DNA of 64,000 nucleotides from Leptospiraceae bacterium (GTDB lineage Bacteria; Spirochaetota; Leptospiria; Leptospirales; Leptonemataceae), in the NCBI GenBank assembly GCA_040217195.1, contig JAVJNR010000009.1:1-64000 (forward strand). The letters run 5' to 3'. The position numbers were made by a program, and so were the translations under genes. Under the pieces are notes generated by a model. That model saw nothing but the letters and a program-made list of their open reading frames with translations, was not told the origin of the DNA and did no database searches. Positions 51,438 to 61,573 of the stretch are shown here, piece by piece (position 1 is the stretch's first letter; each line of letters begins with the position of its first letter).

Positions 51438-52030
51438 TATCTCCGACAGCAGGCATGCGATAGTTTTCGAGAAGAGAACCACGAATGTGCAATCCGGACC
51501 ATCCAGGCCTTAATCGACTTCGAAAGCCTGTGCTTCGACTGGGCCAGCGAAATCAAACCAGCAGAAGCAAGACAACTGAATCCGCGATCCAGAGTATCTG
51601 ATAAGAAGTCCAGAGAACAGGAGCAGCTTTAGAACCAGTCATCAAATTCTTATCGCAATGATAATTTCTATCTCCATTGCTGTCGGGCTGCCCTGGCTGA
51701 GCGTAGTTTCTGCAAAGTCAGAGCCTTTGATTTCCGAACAGCAGAAAACCGATCTTCTCATATCCAACATCCATTTTGGTCCTGGCGTTAAACTGGGTCC
51801 AGAGTGAATTGGATTTCCTCCTTATTAGTCAGGCCGCTTCCGGATATACCGACCCGGATTGAGACATAAGATACATTATCGGAAGTAATGGCCCTCCAGG
51901 GTCGAGGCGCACCCCGGTGGCCAGGACAACTGGAAGCCCACCGAAAAAGATTCCGATTATCATAAAGGATTTCTATCCGTCCCATGAATTCGATACCTGC
52001 TCCATTTAGTAAGCATTAAGTGAAAATCAG

Positions 52031-53614
52031 ATGAGTATAAGTCAAAAAACTACCAGGGATGTAATGGCCCGTGGTTATCGAATTATCAATTACATCCGCC
52101 TGGGCCTGGCCTTTCTGTTTGGTGCAGCGGTGACTGCCAGCTGGCTGGGAAAATCCACCGGAATTATTATTCGCGCCGAGGCCGTGGGCACACTGGTCTA
52201 TCTATTGGTGGGTATTGGGGCTCTCATTGCAATGCGTGGAGGTCGCATCCCTCGAAAGTATTCACGGGTGGCTGTTTTTAGCGATATAACCGTTGTGGGT
52301 ATGATCTTTATCGTTAGCTGCCTGGATTCCAGGGAAACTGCATTCGATATTCTAAAGGACTCGTCGGTCTATGCGGTTTTCTTTATCATCCTGGGCTACT
52401 CGGCCCTGCTAGGATCCGCCCTGCTGACTGTCCTGCTGTCTGCATGGTCGGCCGCCCTGTTAACGGCGGCTCTGTTTGCTGCTAATCAATCCGGCCTAAT
52501 ATTCGGAGACACACAAATCTATAATGAATACACACTGGGTCTCGTAGATTTTGTAGTAATGGTGTCCTATCTGCCGGTGGTGGGTGGCATCGTCGCAGGT
52601 GTTCTCAGGCTCCAGAATGAAATCTCCGCCATTTCCGATGGTCATGCCAAATCCAACGCTGAGCTAGTTTCTTCTTTAACCGATCAGAAGCATGTTCTGG
52701 CCATGCATGCTCGGGAACTGGATAATGCTACAGTGCAATTCAAGTCCTTCATTGATGATACTACTCGAAGAATTGAAAGTCAGGCCGCCGCTCTGGAACA
52801 GGCCAATGCAGTGACCGAAGAGTTAACTGCCAGTGCTTCCCAGACCTCCAGTATCGTAGAGCGACAGAGTAATGGAATTGAGAAAATGGCTCAAGGAAGT
52901 ACGGAGCTAAATGCGCTGGTGAACGAAATCGGTGCTTCGAATCAGCAACTTACAGGCAGTGCATCGGATGCTGTGAAGAGCATGGATACAGTCCTGGCAT
53001 CGGTCCAGGGAACCAATACAATTCTGGGACGGCTGGAAGAAGCTTTTACAAATGTGAGTCAGATCACCGATGTAATGACTGAGATCGCAGATAAGACCAA
53101 CTTGCTTTCTTTAAATGCATCCATTGAGGCGGCCCGGGCCGGCGATGCAGGCCGGGGCTTTGCTGTGGTTGCCAATGAAGTAAGCAAGCTTGCAGATTTT
53201 ACAGGACAAAACGTGCGACAGATTGCCCAGATTGTAGGCGAATCTATGAGTACAATTGATGAAGCCAGAAAACAGGCGGATGAAGCGTCGCAACATGCTA
53301 GCTTCCAAAAAGAGCAGACGAATCGAACCAATGAGCAGGCTGAGAAAACATCTCAGCTACTATCGAGACAGGCAAGTATTCTAGAAGAATTAATCTCAGA
53401 GCTGGGCATTCAGCGAAATCGCGCAAGCGAGGTAATGAACAGTTCCAGAGAACAGATCGATGGACAGAAAGAGCTGGCCCGCACCATGGAAAGCCTTGAT
53501 AAAGAAATCTCAGAAATTAATGAAACCGCCAGAAGCCTGGCCGAAGGCATTGACAGGATTTCTTCGCAGGCTGCAGAACTGGCCCGACTGAGCGAAACAG
53601 ATATGGCGGCTTGA
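52031..53614 (+). CDS. Methyl-accepting chemotaxis protein with multi-TM N-terminus
   Basis: [37 protein letters not shown]. Confidence 0.95.
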   Translation: MSISQKTTRDVMARGYRIINYIRLGLAFLFGAAVTASWLGKSTGIIIRAEAVGTLVYLLVGIGALIAMRGGRIPRKYSRVAVFSDITVVGMIFIVSCLDSRETAFDILKDSSVYAVFFIILGYSALLGSALLTVLLSAWSAALLTAALFAANQSGLIFGDTQIYNEYTLGLVDFVVMVSYLPVVGGIVAGVLRLQNEISAISDGHAKSNAELVSSLTDQKHVLAMHARELDNATVQFKSFIDDTTRRIESQAAALEQANAVTEELTASASQTSSIVERQSNGIEKMAQGSTELNALVNEIGASNQQLTGSASDAVKSMDTVLASVQGTNTILGRLEEAFTNVSQITDVMTEIADKTNLLSLNASIEAARAGDAGRGFAVVANEVSKLADFTGQNVRQIAQIVGESMSTIDEARKQADEASQHASFQKEQTNRTNEQAEKTSQLLSRQASILEELISELGIQRNRASEVMNSSREQIDGQKELARTMESLDKEISEINETARSLAEGIDRISSQAAELARLSETDMAA

Positions 53615-53751
53615 TTTCTATCTAAAAGTAATCCAGAATCAGTATTACAGATATTTCGCTGTAAACCCTGCCAGGATCGATTACTACTTGCATGTCTGGC
53701 CTTCCCCTGTAGTAATTGGAGATTGTTGCCAGCTAAATATCAGGAAGTTCT

Positions 53752-55914
53752 ATGCCAGTTGTTGATGTAATCCCGGGAGTTAAAATTTATGAGGGAGAAC
53801 ATTTCTCTGTGCTCTTTGGTTGCCCTCCGGAGATTATCAAACATCTGATGATCAAGCAGATACCTTTTCCTGATCTAATCATAATTCCAGATACCCTTCA
53901 TCGCAATGGCACCCTGCAAAACAGTACGGAGTTTCCGCTCTATAATTTCCTGTTTCTGATGGGCAATTTCCAGAAAGGGGTGAAGCTAAATATTGGAGGC
54001 AATAAAAGACAGGTAAAAAATAATCGCCAGCTATTACAGCTTTCGCTGCTGGGGCCCAGCGTAAAGGAGTACAATGCCATCGGAGCCAGCAAGTACTACC
54101 AGAGGCTTTATAAAGAGTCCAGGCATATCGCCATCAAGGACCCGGAAGGAAAAGAGATTAGCATTGATGGATTTGTAGACTTTTCCTTCTTTAAGGATGA
54201 TGTTCTAGAGGTCTCGTTAAACGGCCGTGCCTGCGAGATTCGTCACAGAGATAAGAATGTCTATGAAATAGGCGGAGAGATTATTGATATTAACTTTACC
54301 GAGCGTCAGCCACTGGCCTATGATCTAAAGCCCAGCTATACTCCGAGGACTCCCTTTCGTTTTGGCATAGATGTGCTTGGAGGAGGATCCGGATTCACTC
54401 CGGGGAAGCCCTGCTCTGCTTTGCTGCTGAACTACAATTCCAACTATATGCTAATCGACTGTCCTCCCTACCTGGAGGATACTCTGAATGCCAGAGGCAT
54501 TTCCTGTCAGCAGATTAATGCAATCTACATGTCTCACATACACGATGATCATTGCAATATGTTTCCGCTGCTGCAGTTCAACAATAAGATTCAGTTTCTG
54601 GGCACCCGGGAAATCTACTGGATGGCTCTGCAAAAGCTATCTTTACAGACGGAGCTGAGCATTGATGATCTATACAGTTTTTTTGATTTCTTCGAACTGG
54701 AGCCCTATCAAGAAAATGATTTTTATGGCATGCAGGTAATCCCGCATTATACCGTGCATTCCATCCCGACCGCTGGAGCTACATTCGTAATGAAGTCCGA
54801 CGGTCGTCAGAATCGCATAGTATTTGTGGGAGATAATAAGTCCCTGGATGACATCAAGCAGATGAAAGACGATGGAGTGGTGGCTCCGGACAAATATGAG
54901 CATATTCTATCTCTGTATCACAGTCCCTATGATTTGATTTTTCCGGACGGAGGAAAAGGGATATTGCATGGAGATCCAAAGGATTCCATCGCCTCCAGTT
55001 CAGAGAAGATTGTTTTTATGCATCTGGAGAACCTCCCTGCAGAGTTCGATGCAACCTTCTCTATGGCACGGGCCGGAAAACGTTATCCTGTGATCGATGA
55101 TCAATACCATGCCAGCCAGGCATTGCTTGTAAAGGCCATGCTTGTACTTCAGAATCATTTCAAAGGAGTGTCAGAAGAATGGGCCACGGCTCTAATGAAT
55201 GAGATTCGAATCCAGCAATATAACTCCGGCGATGTGATTATGAAACAGGGTGAGGAAAATAAAGGACTGATCTTCATTATCCTTACCGGAAAATGCAGCG
55301 TAATGTTTCATGACGGTAAGTCCCTTCTGGAAGTGGCCATAAAGGAGGCAGGTGATATTATAGGTGAAATGGCTGCCGTAAACCAGCAATCCGAACGAAG
55401 CGCCTCTATTGTGGCCCGGACTCCGGTAACACTTTGCGCCATAGATGAAAGAACCTGGTATTCCTTTCTTGTTGCAGAAAATCGAATCGGCGAAATGCAA
55501 AGTATGTGGCAGAATCGTTCCGATCTGGAAAAGAGCCATCCATTCAAGGAATTCTCAGACTATGTAAACGATAAGCTGGCCCGGGTAGGACGTAGACGGG
55601 AGGTAAAAGAAGGAGAAACGATTATCAAGCAGGGTAGCCAGGACAATCAATTCTACATTATTTTGCAGGGTACATTTCAGGTGGAGCATGGTTCCATTAA
55701 GGTAAAAGAACTCAAGCCCGGAGACCTGTTCGGTGAACATGCCAGTCTGGCTCACCGAATACGAAACTCCACAATTCGTGCCAATTCAGAAGGGGTTATC
55801 CTGGAAGTACAGCGCAAGGACATTGAAGTGATTGTTTCCAGTACTCCGGTTCTTAACTTCCATATTCTGGAGTTAATGAAAGAAAGAGACAGGGAGCTTG
55901 CAAAACTATCCTGA
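53752..55914 (+). CDS. MBL-fold hydrolase with two cNMP-binding domains (putative cyclic-nucleotide phosphodiesterase)
   Basis: SHIHDDH, HSIPT, GD, LHG, H; two CNB domains GEMAA...RSASIVA and FGEHAS...RNSTIRA. Confidence 0.82.
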   Translation: MPVVDVIPGVKIYEGEHFSVLFGCPPEIIKHLMIKQIPFPDLIIIPDTLHRNGTLQNSTEFPLYNFLFLMGNFQKGVKLNIGGNKRQVKNNRQLLQLSLLGPSVKEYNAIGASKYYQRLYKESRHIAIKDPEGKEISIDGFVDFSFFKDDVLEVSLNGRACEIRHRDKNVYEIGGEIIDINFTERQPLAYDLKPSYTPRTPFRFGIDVLGGGSGFTPGKPCSALLLNYNSNYMLIDCPPYLEDTLNARGISCQQINAIYMSHIHDDHCNMFPLLQFNNKIQFLGTREIYWMALQKLSLQTELSIDDLYSFFDFFELEPYQENDFYGMQVIPHYTVHSIPTAGATFVMKSDGRQNRIVFVGDNKSLDDIKQMKDDGVVAPDKYEHILSLYHSPYDLIFPDGGKGILHGDPKDSIASSSEKIVFMHLENLPAEFDATFSMARAGKRYPVIDDQYHASQALLVKAMLVLQNHFKGVSEEWATALMNEIRIQQYNSGDVIMKQGEENKGLIFIILTGKCSVMFHDGKSLLEVAIKEAGDIIGEMAAVNQQSERSASIVARTPVTLCAIDERTWYSFLVAENRIGEMQSMWQNRSDLEKSHPFKEFSDYVNDKLARVGRRREVKEGETIIKQGSQDNQFYIILQGTFQVEHGSIKVKELKPGDLFGEHASLAHRIRNSTIRANSEGVILEVQRKDIEVIVSSTPVLNFHILELMKERDRELAKLS

Positions 55915-57732
55915 TTCTTCGCTTTCTGGATCGTCCTCTTCCAGAGCAAGAGGCTCCAGGCGATAGGCGATTTCAACACAGGTGCCCCGGTCAGCACGTC
56001 TTGACATGGTGATCCGGGCCTGCTGGAAATTTTCCTGGAGTCTTCTTTCCACACCGCCGATGGAGGAAACGTAGTTGCTGTTCTGGTCAATTCCTCGGCC
56101 ATTGTCCAGAACCTGGATTCTTACCTCCTCATCCTGTACGTGTGCTAGTACCTGGATAATTCCATTACTTGTGTAATCCCTTAATCCGTGCTGATAAGCG
56201 TTCTCGATAATTGGCTGGATTGTAAGAGGAGGTATAAAAACCCCGCTAAAATCGCCGTGCCGTTCCATTTCAATGCGAAGATGATCTTCAAAGCGAAATT
56301 GAACCAGCTGACAGTAGCGACGAGAAAATTCCCATTCCTGATCAAATAGAACCAGTCGTCGTTCCATATCGTTGATTAAATACCGGTAATGGGATGCCAG
56401 CATCATGATCGCATCCCCTGCTCTGGGATTTCCTCGTTCGATATAGGAGTGAATCAGATTCAAAGAATTGAAAAGAAAGTGTGGAGCCATCCTTTCTTGA
56501 AGTGTGCGATAGCGATTCTCAGCTACGCTCCTTCCGGATTGATACTTTTGCTCCTGACTTTTTTCCTGAGCCATTCGCAGCTGATTTATCTGCGTCATCA
56601 CAATGACGGCCAGGCCCACCTGAAAGACCAGAAATGTCCATCTGCCTGAAAATGCATTCTCGCCCCAGAGCCCAAAAACAACTCCCAGGTATTCAAACAA
56701 GGCTGAAAGGAAAAATGGCAGCATGGCAAAAAGCAAAATCCATCCCTTGCGGATTCCTCGGAAGATCCAGCCAATGGCGGCCACCATAACTCCCAGAACA
56801 ATAATTGGAGAGGTGGCTCCGGAGTATGCGGCGGCCCAGCCAGCAATATGCATCCCTCCTGCTGTCCAGTTATGACCCAGACTTAGCGCCGCGGCTACAA
56901 ACAATACATAAGAAATCCATCGAATGGATTTAGAATCGAAAATGGATGAAACTAGCCGGGTAAACACTGGAGGAAACATTGCACACCCCACCGAAAACAA
57001 CGCCAGACGAATCAAAGCATTCGGAGCGATGAGCTGTGATATCGATGAAGTACTCAATTGATAGAGAGACATGTTTAGCAGTAGTAGCGACAGATAGAGC
57101 ATCCCCGGCTTTCGCATGGGGGGCCAGAAGAAGAACAATGCCATTCCAGTGATAGAGAGCGCCAGACTGATGGACATGATTCCCAGGTCATCTATTTCGG
57201 ATCTAAAAACATGCTCCAGGACTTCCGATGCAGATCCAATGATCATTGGATCCAGAGGCCCGGCTCTTGCGAAGGAAGGGATGGATCCCAGCTGGAAGCA
57301 AACCGTAATCTCTACACCCCTGTCTGGCAATGGGATAAGATTCCATTCAATGCCCCGGAAGCGGCCCTCTTCCGACGGTGTTTGCCAGACCTGTTCTCCG
57401 TCCAGGTAGACAGTAGCAAGATCATAATAACGACCTAGCCAGAGAGTTGGGTTTCTGGCACCTGATTCCGGTGCGTACCATTGAAAAAGCAATGCCCTGG
57501 AATCGGCAGGTATGTCTGAAATACTGCGAAAGGGAAGGAATCGACTTTTAACTGTCTCCGGTGGTACGACTCTGAGAGACTCCGGGCAATTGGATATCTG
57601 ACGAAAGAACAGGGAATGGTCACTGGCCCTGCGTACCCTGGGCGATGTATTCGAATCACCACATTGAATCGTAAAGAGCGAAATGACAATTGCACTTGTC
57701 ATCAGAGCTGATTTCTTTAGTGTGCTCTGCAT
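55906..57732 (-). CDS. LytS/YehU-type sensor histidine kinase with extracytoplasmic domain and about 7 TM helices
   Basis: PHFLFNSLN, QFRF, IPPLTIQPIIENA..HG, DNGRG; start uncertain (57732 or 57702). Confidence 0.88.
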   Translation of the reverse strand: MQSTLKKSALMTSAIVISLFTIQCGDSNTSPRVRRASDHSLFFRQISNCPESLRVVPPETVKSRFLPFRSISDIPADSRALLFQWYAPESGARNPTLWLGRYYDLATVYLDGEQVWQTPSEEGRFRGIEWNLIPLPDRGVEITVCFQLGSIPSFARAGPLDPMIIGSASEVLEHVFRSEIDDLGIMSISLALSITGMALFFFWPPMRKPGMLYLSLLLLNMSLYQLSTSSISQLIAPNALIRLALFSVGCAMFPPVFTRLVSSIFDSKSIRWISYVLFVAAALSLGHNWTAGGMHIAGWAAAYSGATSPIIVLGVMVAAIGWIFRGIRKGWILLFAMLPFFLSALFEYLGVVFGLWGENAFSGRWTFLVFQVGLAVIVMTQINQLRMAQEKSQEQKYQSGRSVAENRYRTLQERMAPHFLFNSLNLIHSYIERGNPRAGDAIMMLASHYRYLINDMERRLVLFDQEWEFSRRYCQLVQFRFEDHLRIEMERHGDFSGVFIPPLTIQPIIENAYQHGLRDYTSNGIIQVLAHVQDEEVRIQVLDNGRGIDQNSNYVSSIGGVERRLQENFQQARITMSRRADRGTCVEIAYRLEPLALEEDDPESEESG

Positions 57733-57788
57733 ACGGATGCTTTGGACCGGTGGTTTGAGTAGAGCAATGAATGCCAGGAACACATGAA

Positions 57789-58601
57789 ATGAAGCAATTT
57801 CGAATTCTATCATTATTTATTTTTATTTGCTTTTTCCTGCCCGGATCGCTGGCAGCCGAGGCAATCTATCTAAGAAATGGGCAGGTGATTTACGGACAGA
57901 TTGTAAATCAAAACACAACCCAGGTTCGTATCCTGACCAAAGAGGGGATGCGAGTCATTCCCAAATCCACAATTGGCCGGATCGATTATGGAGCTACCGA
58001 ACCGAAGCCAGAACCAAAACCGGAACCAAAGCCTGAGCCTAAGCCAGAACCCAGACCAGAGCCAAAACCCGAACCGAAACCAGAACCCAGGCCGGAACCA
58101 AAACCGGAGCCCAGGCCAGAGCCAAAACCGGAACCGGCCTCTAAGCCCACTCTGCTGGGGGCCATGTGGCGAAGTGCTCTACTCCCGGGCTGGGGCCAGT
58201 ATTATCAGGGTCGAACTCAGGCCGCTTATATCTATGGGGGCAGTTTTCTGGCTCTGGCAGGTACCACCGGCATACTTTACCGGGAATTTGAAGTGCAACG
58301 TACTCAATATAACGATGCTGCCACGGATTTCATAAACTATTCACCGCTTGTCGTGAACTATGACTCCGCCGCCGCTCTTGGGCTAGTTACGATTCTATCA
58401 TTGAATAAGCTGGAAGCAACCAGAACCCAGGCAGATCAACTGGCCACCTATGCAAATGTAGGCGCTACGCTTACCCTTGCATTGTATGCCTGGAATTTAA
58501 CGGATCTCTGGCTCTATGAACCTGGAAAGGGTATGCTAACCACTGTTTCGCCCACTCCGGCAGGGGATGGGCTACGACTGGGTTTTCATGTTCGCTTCTG
58601 A
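57789..58601 (+). CDS. Exported protein: LA_0442/LA_0875-like N-domain, Pro-rich linker, DUF5683-like domain
   Basis: Signal peptide; [12 protein letters not shown]; (EPKP)n; [11 protein letters not shown]; terminal Phe. Confidence 0.7.
   Translation: MKQFRILSLFIFICFFLPGSLAAEAIYLRNGQVIYGQIVNQNTTQVRILTKEGMRVIPKSTIGRIDYGATEPKPEPKPEPKPEPKPEPRPEPKPEPKPEPRPEPKPEPRPEPKPEPASKPTLLGAMWRSALLPGWGQYYQGRTQAAYIYGGSFLALAGTTGILYREFEVQRTQYNDAATDFINYSPLVVNYDSAAALGLVTILSLNKLEATRTQADQLATYANVGATLTLALYAWNLTDLWLYEPGKGMLTTVSPTPAGDGLRLGFHVRF
57999..58136 (+). repeat. 12-bp coding tandem repeat, about 11.5 x EP(K/R)P
   Basis: EPKP x8, EPRP x3, plus EP; synonymous codons vary between units. Confidence 0.95.
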
Positions 58602-58602
58602 A

Positions 58603-60336
58603 CTAAGGGCCGGCCCCAGTAGTTGCCTTTTCAGATTCCGGCCGGTAGATTTCTGCCAGGGTTAGAAAGCGAAAGAAGCTTGATACTTCTTCGGTTTGCA
58701 CCGACTCCACAGTTCCCAGCCATTGCATGCATTCGAACAGAGTCCAGCCTCGAAGCAGTCGAACCAGCAATGCAGCTTCAAAGGACTTCAATTCGCGAAG
58801 ACTGATTGGACCGGACGGACTGCGAAAAATAATCAGCGGCACTTTCTTTTCTTCCTCCGGGTCAAAATCCGACTTTTGTTCTTTCCATGCTTTCCAGCGA
58901 ACAATGGCTGAATGGGAGACGGACAGAAGGGCAATATTTCTGCTAATACCCACCCCTTTTTCTTGATAGAGTTGAGCCTGAATCCATCCACCTCCAGGCC
59001 TCTGACCGTGGAAGAATCTGTTCTGTAAAAAACAAAGACGGGCTATATCGCTGGCCACAGTATCCCTGCCTTTTAGAAAGGCAGACATGTTATGCCCGTA
59101 ATCGGATAGATTGTAATGCTTCGGTGGATGAGTCTGAATGTACTCTTGAAACCAGTTTAGACAGGAATCATTAATGTCCAGCAGAGGGGCATAGAGTTCC
59201 TCCAGGGCTTCCATCAGCCGGCTTAAGATAGAATCCCTGTAGACATTCATACTCTGCAATGCATTCAGTCCTGGTTGGCCAGCACCCTTCAAGGAATCGT
59301 GAACATCCATTGGTAGCTTTCCTTTGAACAGAGATTCAATGAATCTTTGTTGATCACCGGCCACTTCGCCTGGTTCTCTGTCCGGCAGTGCTTTGGTCAG
59401 GGCCGTGGCCGAATGGATGTTTCTTTCTGGATGCAAAGTCGCGGATGGATTATCTATACTGGCCGGTACCCGGGCAAGTTCCATCAGCTCCATTTCCAGT
59501 TCCGGAAGATCCGGAATGTCCTGATCTCGTTCCAGAAGCAATGGCCTGGGTCCAATGATCTCCAGGGCTCGGGCATACAGGTTTCGCACTTCTGAAGACA
59601 CAGCCTGACCATGAGTGTCGAATCGAATATGTTCCAGGACTTCATGACCGGCTATGTGATACTGCCACACCGATTCCGGACGGATGCCCAGTATGAAATT
59701 CTCGCTATTCATTTCATGATTATGCGCATTCACGGCCACATTATTTATGTCCAGAAGTATTCCGCAACCGGTGCGCTGGCTTACTTCATTTAGAAACTCC
59801 CACTCCTGCATTTCGGAATTGGCCCAGGAAACATAACTGGATACATTTTCCAGCGCGATGCTTCTTCCCAGAAAGCTCTGAACAAAATCCACATTTTCGC
59901 ACAACCGTTTCAACCAGGGCTCACTGTATGAAACAGGAAGCAAATCATGGCTCTGTAGAGCAGGAGTTCTGGTCCAGCAAAGATGATCGCTTACGATGAA
60001 TGGCTCAATCTCCTCGATCAGTAATCTCCATCGTTTCAGGTAATTTTGCATGCTTTCCGGGGATGTCTGGGCGTTTTGCGCCAGGGGGAATAGTTCTGCA
60101 GAGGCGATGGAAAGACTGACTCCATGAAGGGCCACCGGATAATTCCGGCGAACCTGGCGAAGCATGTGTCTGGGCCGACCCAGACTATCCAGGTAGTTTT
60201 CCGTAATGGCTTCAAACCAGGTGGTCTGAACCGGAAGGCCCTGCCTTAGATGCTCGTAGTGCTCCCTGCGAAGTCCCAGTCCCGGGGCATCCATTTCAGG
60301 CGCAGCAGGCCTGACTGTCTCATTACTGGGTTTCAT
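58603..60336 (-). CDS. DUF692 (MNIO) enzyme fused to a DUF2063 partner domain
   Basis: GLGLR, FE...ENY, LHGVSLS, SDHL, DLLP, LENVSSY, LLDINN, HIAGH, DTHG, LLERD; then VYR...L..AL...Y...Y...HPP...L..YG..M..FL..DIARL. Confidence 0.9.
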   Translation of the reverse strand: MKPSNETVRPAAPEMDAPGLGLRREHYEHLRQGLPVQTTWFEAITENYLDSLGRPRHMLRQVRRNYPVALHGVSLSIASAELFPLAQNAQTSPESMQNYLKRWRLLIEEIEPFIVSDHLCWTRTPALQSHDLLPVSYSEPWLKRLCENVDFVQSFLGRSIALENVSSYVSWANSEMQEWEFLNEVSQRTGCGILLDINNVAVNAHNHEMNSENFILGIRPESVWQYHIAGHEVLEHIRFDTHGQAVSSEVRNLYARALEIIGPRPLLLERDQDIPDLPELEMELMELARVPASIDNPSATLHPERNIHSATALTKALPDREPGEVAGDQQRFIESLFKGKLPMDVHDSLKGAGQPGLNALQSMNVYRDSILSRLMEALEELYAPLLDINDSCLNWFQEYIQTHPPKHYNLSDYGHNMSAFLKGRDTVASDIARLCFLQNRFFHGQRPGGGWIQAQLYQEKGVGISRNIALLSVSHSAIVRWKAWKEQKSDFDPEEEKKVPLIIFRSPSGPISLRELKSFEAALLVRLLRGWTLFECMQWLGTVESVQTEEVSSFFRFLTLAEIYRPESEKATTGAGP

Positions 60337-60562
60337 CTGGCGTTTTTTTCAGTCCCATGGCTGCATTCCCGGCCCATTCACCGGTTCTACCGGGCCTGGA
60401 GTGCCCCGGATACGGACAGCAAATTCCAGAAATTCTGGACCGCTCTAACCAGAGCAGCACATTCCAGAATCGGTTCCAGAGACGAATTTGACAACAATTC
60501 TGATTAAAAACCGAGACATAATTCTTTTGACACCGAATGCATGGAAGGCACCCTGTCCTCCC

Positions 60563-61573
60563 TTGGAGTCCAGGACTGCAAATCCTACTGTGCGATTTAT
60601 TGACCTTTTCGCGGGCATCGGTGGTTTCCGCCTGGCCCTGGAATCGGCCGGGGGTCGATGCGTATTTTCTTCGGAGATTGATTCCTTCAGCCGACGTACC
60701 TACCAGGCGAACTTTGGCGATGAACCGGCAGGCGATATTAAAGAGGTGTCGGCTTCTGAAATCCCGGACCATGAAATCCTGGTAGGCGGTTTTCCCTGCC
60801 AGCCATTTTCCATTGCCGGTGTATCCAAAAAAGGATCCCTGGGACGAGACCATGGGTTCAAAGATTTAACCCAGGGAACGTTGTTCTTTGATATCGCTCG
60901 TATCCTTACAGAGAAAAAGCCTTCGGCCATACTTCTGGAAAATGTTAAGAACCTTAAATCCCATGACCAGGGTCGGACTTTCTCAATTATTCTGAGCACT
61001 TTGCAGGAACTGGGATACACAGTGTTTCATTCCGTGCTGGATGGAAGATACTATGTTCCTCAGCACAGAGAAAGAATCTACATCGTAGGGTTTCACAGAG
61101 ATTCATTTGAAAAACCGCCATTCTTTCGCTTCCCTCAACCTTCAGCCAGTCCACCACCCCTGGGGTCTATTCTGGAGCCGGAGGATGCCATTGAAGATCG
61201 GTACACTATTTCGGATAAACTCTGGCAATGGCATCAGGACTATGCTGTAAAACATAAGGCTCAGGGAAATGGATTTGGATTTGGTCTGGTGGGACCGGAA
61301 GATACAACGCGTACCCTGAGTGCCAGGTATTACAAGGATGGAGCTGAGATCCTCGTGCGTCAGAACGCAAAGAATCCCCGGAAGCTAACTCCCAGGGAAT
61401 GTGCCCGACTTATGGGATTTCCTGACAGTTTCCAGATCCCGGTATCCGATACCCAGGCGTACCGGCAATTCGGTAACTCTGTAGTGGTCCCTCTGGTCAC
61501 CGAGATTGCATCCGAGTTAATGATTTACGTATCCAATGTTGCTTCCTTTTCAGAACCTGCCAGGGCGCTTTGA
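60563..61573 (+). CDS. dcm: DNA (cytosine-5)-methyltransferase, Dcm/M.EcoRII-like (start uncertain; frame open from 60488)
   Basis: DLFAGIGG, GFPCQPFS, LENVKN, PQHRERI, RTLSARYYKDG target-recognition motif, QFGNSV. Confidence 0.92.
   Translation: MESRTANPTVRFIDLFAGIGGFRLALESAGGRCVFSSEIDSFSRRTYQANFGDEPAGDIKEVSASEIPDHEILVGGFPCQPFSIAGVSKKGSLGRDHGFKDLTQGTLFFDIARILTEKKPSAILLENVKNLKSHDQGRTFSIILSTLQELGYTVFHSVLDGRYYVPQHRERIYIVGFHRDSFEKPPFFRFPQPSASPPPLGSILEPEDAIEDRYTISDKLWQWHQDYAVKHKAQGNGFGFGLVGPEDTTRTLSARYYKDGAEILVRQNAKNPRKLTPRECARLMGFPDSFQIPVSDTQAYRQFGNSVVVPLVTEIASELMIYVSNVASFSEPARAL

Noticed and set aside
57999..58136. Tandem repeat as a CRISPR array
   Set aside because: 12-bp in-frame coding units with no spacers and no cas genes
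60323..60853. Cys-rich 176-aa minus-strand ORF upstream of the MNIO gene as a precursor
   Set aside because: Largely the antisense shadow of the methyltransferase; no signal peptide or repeated core motif
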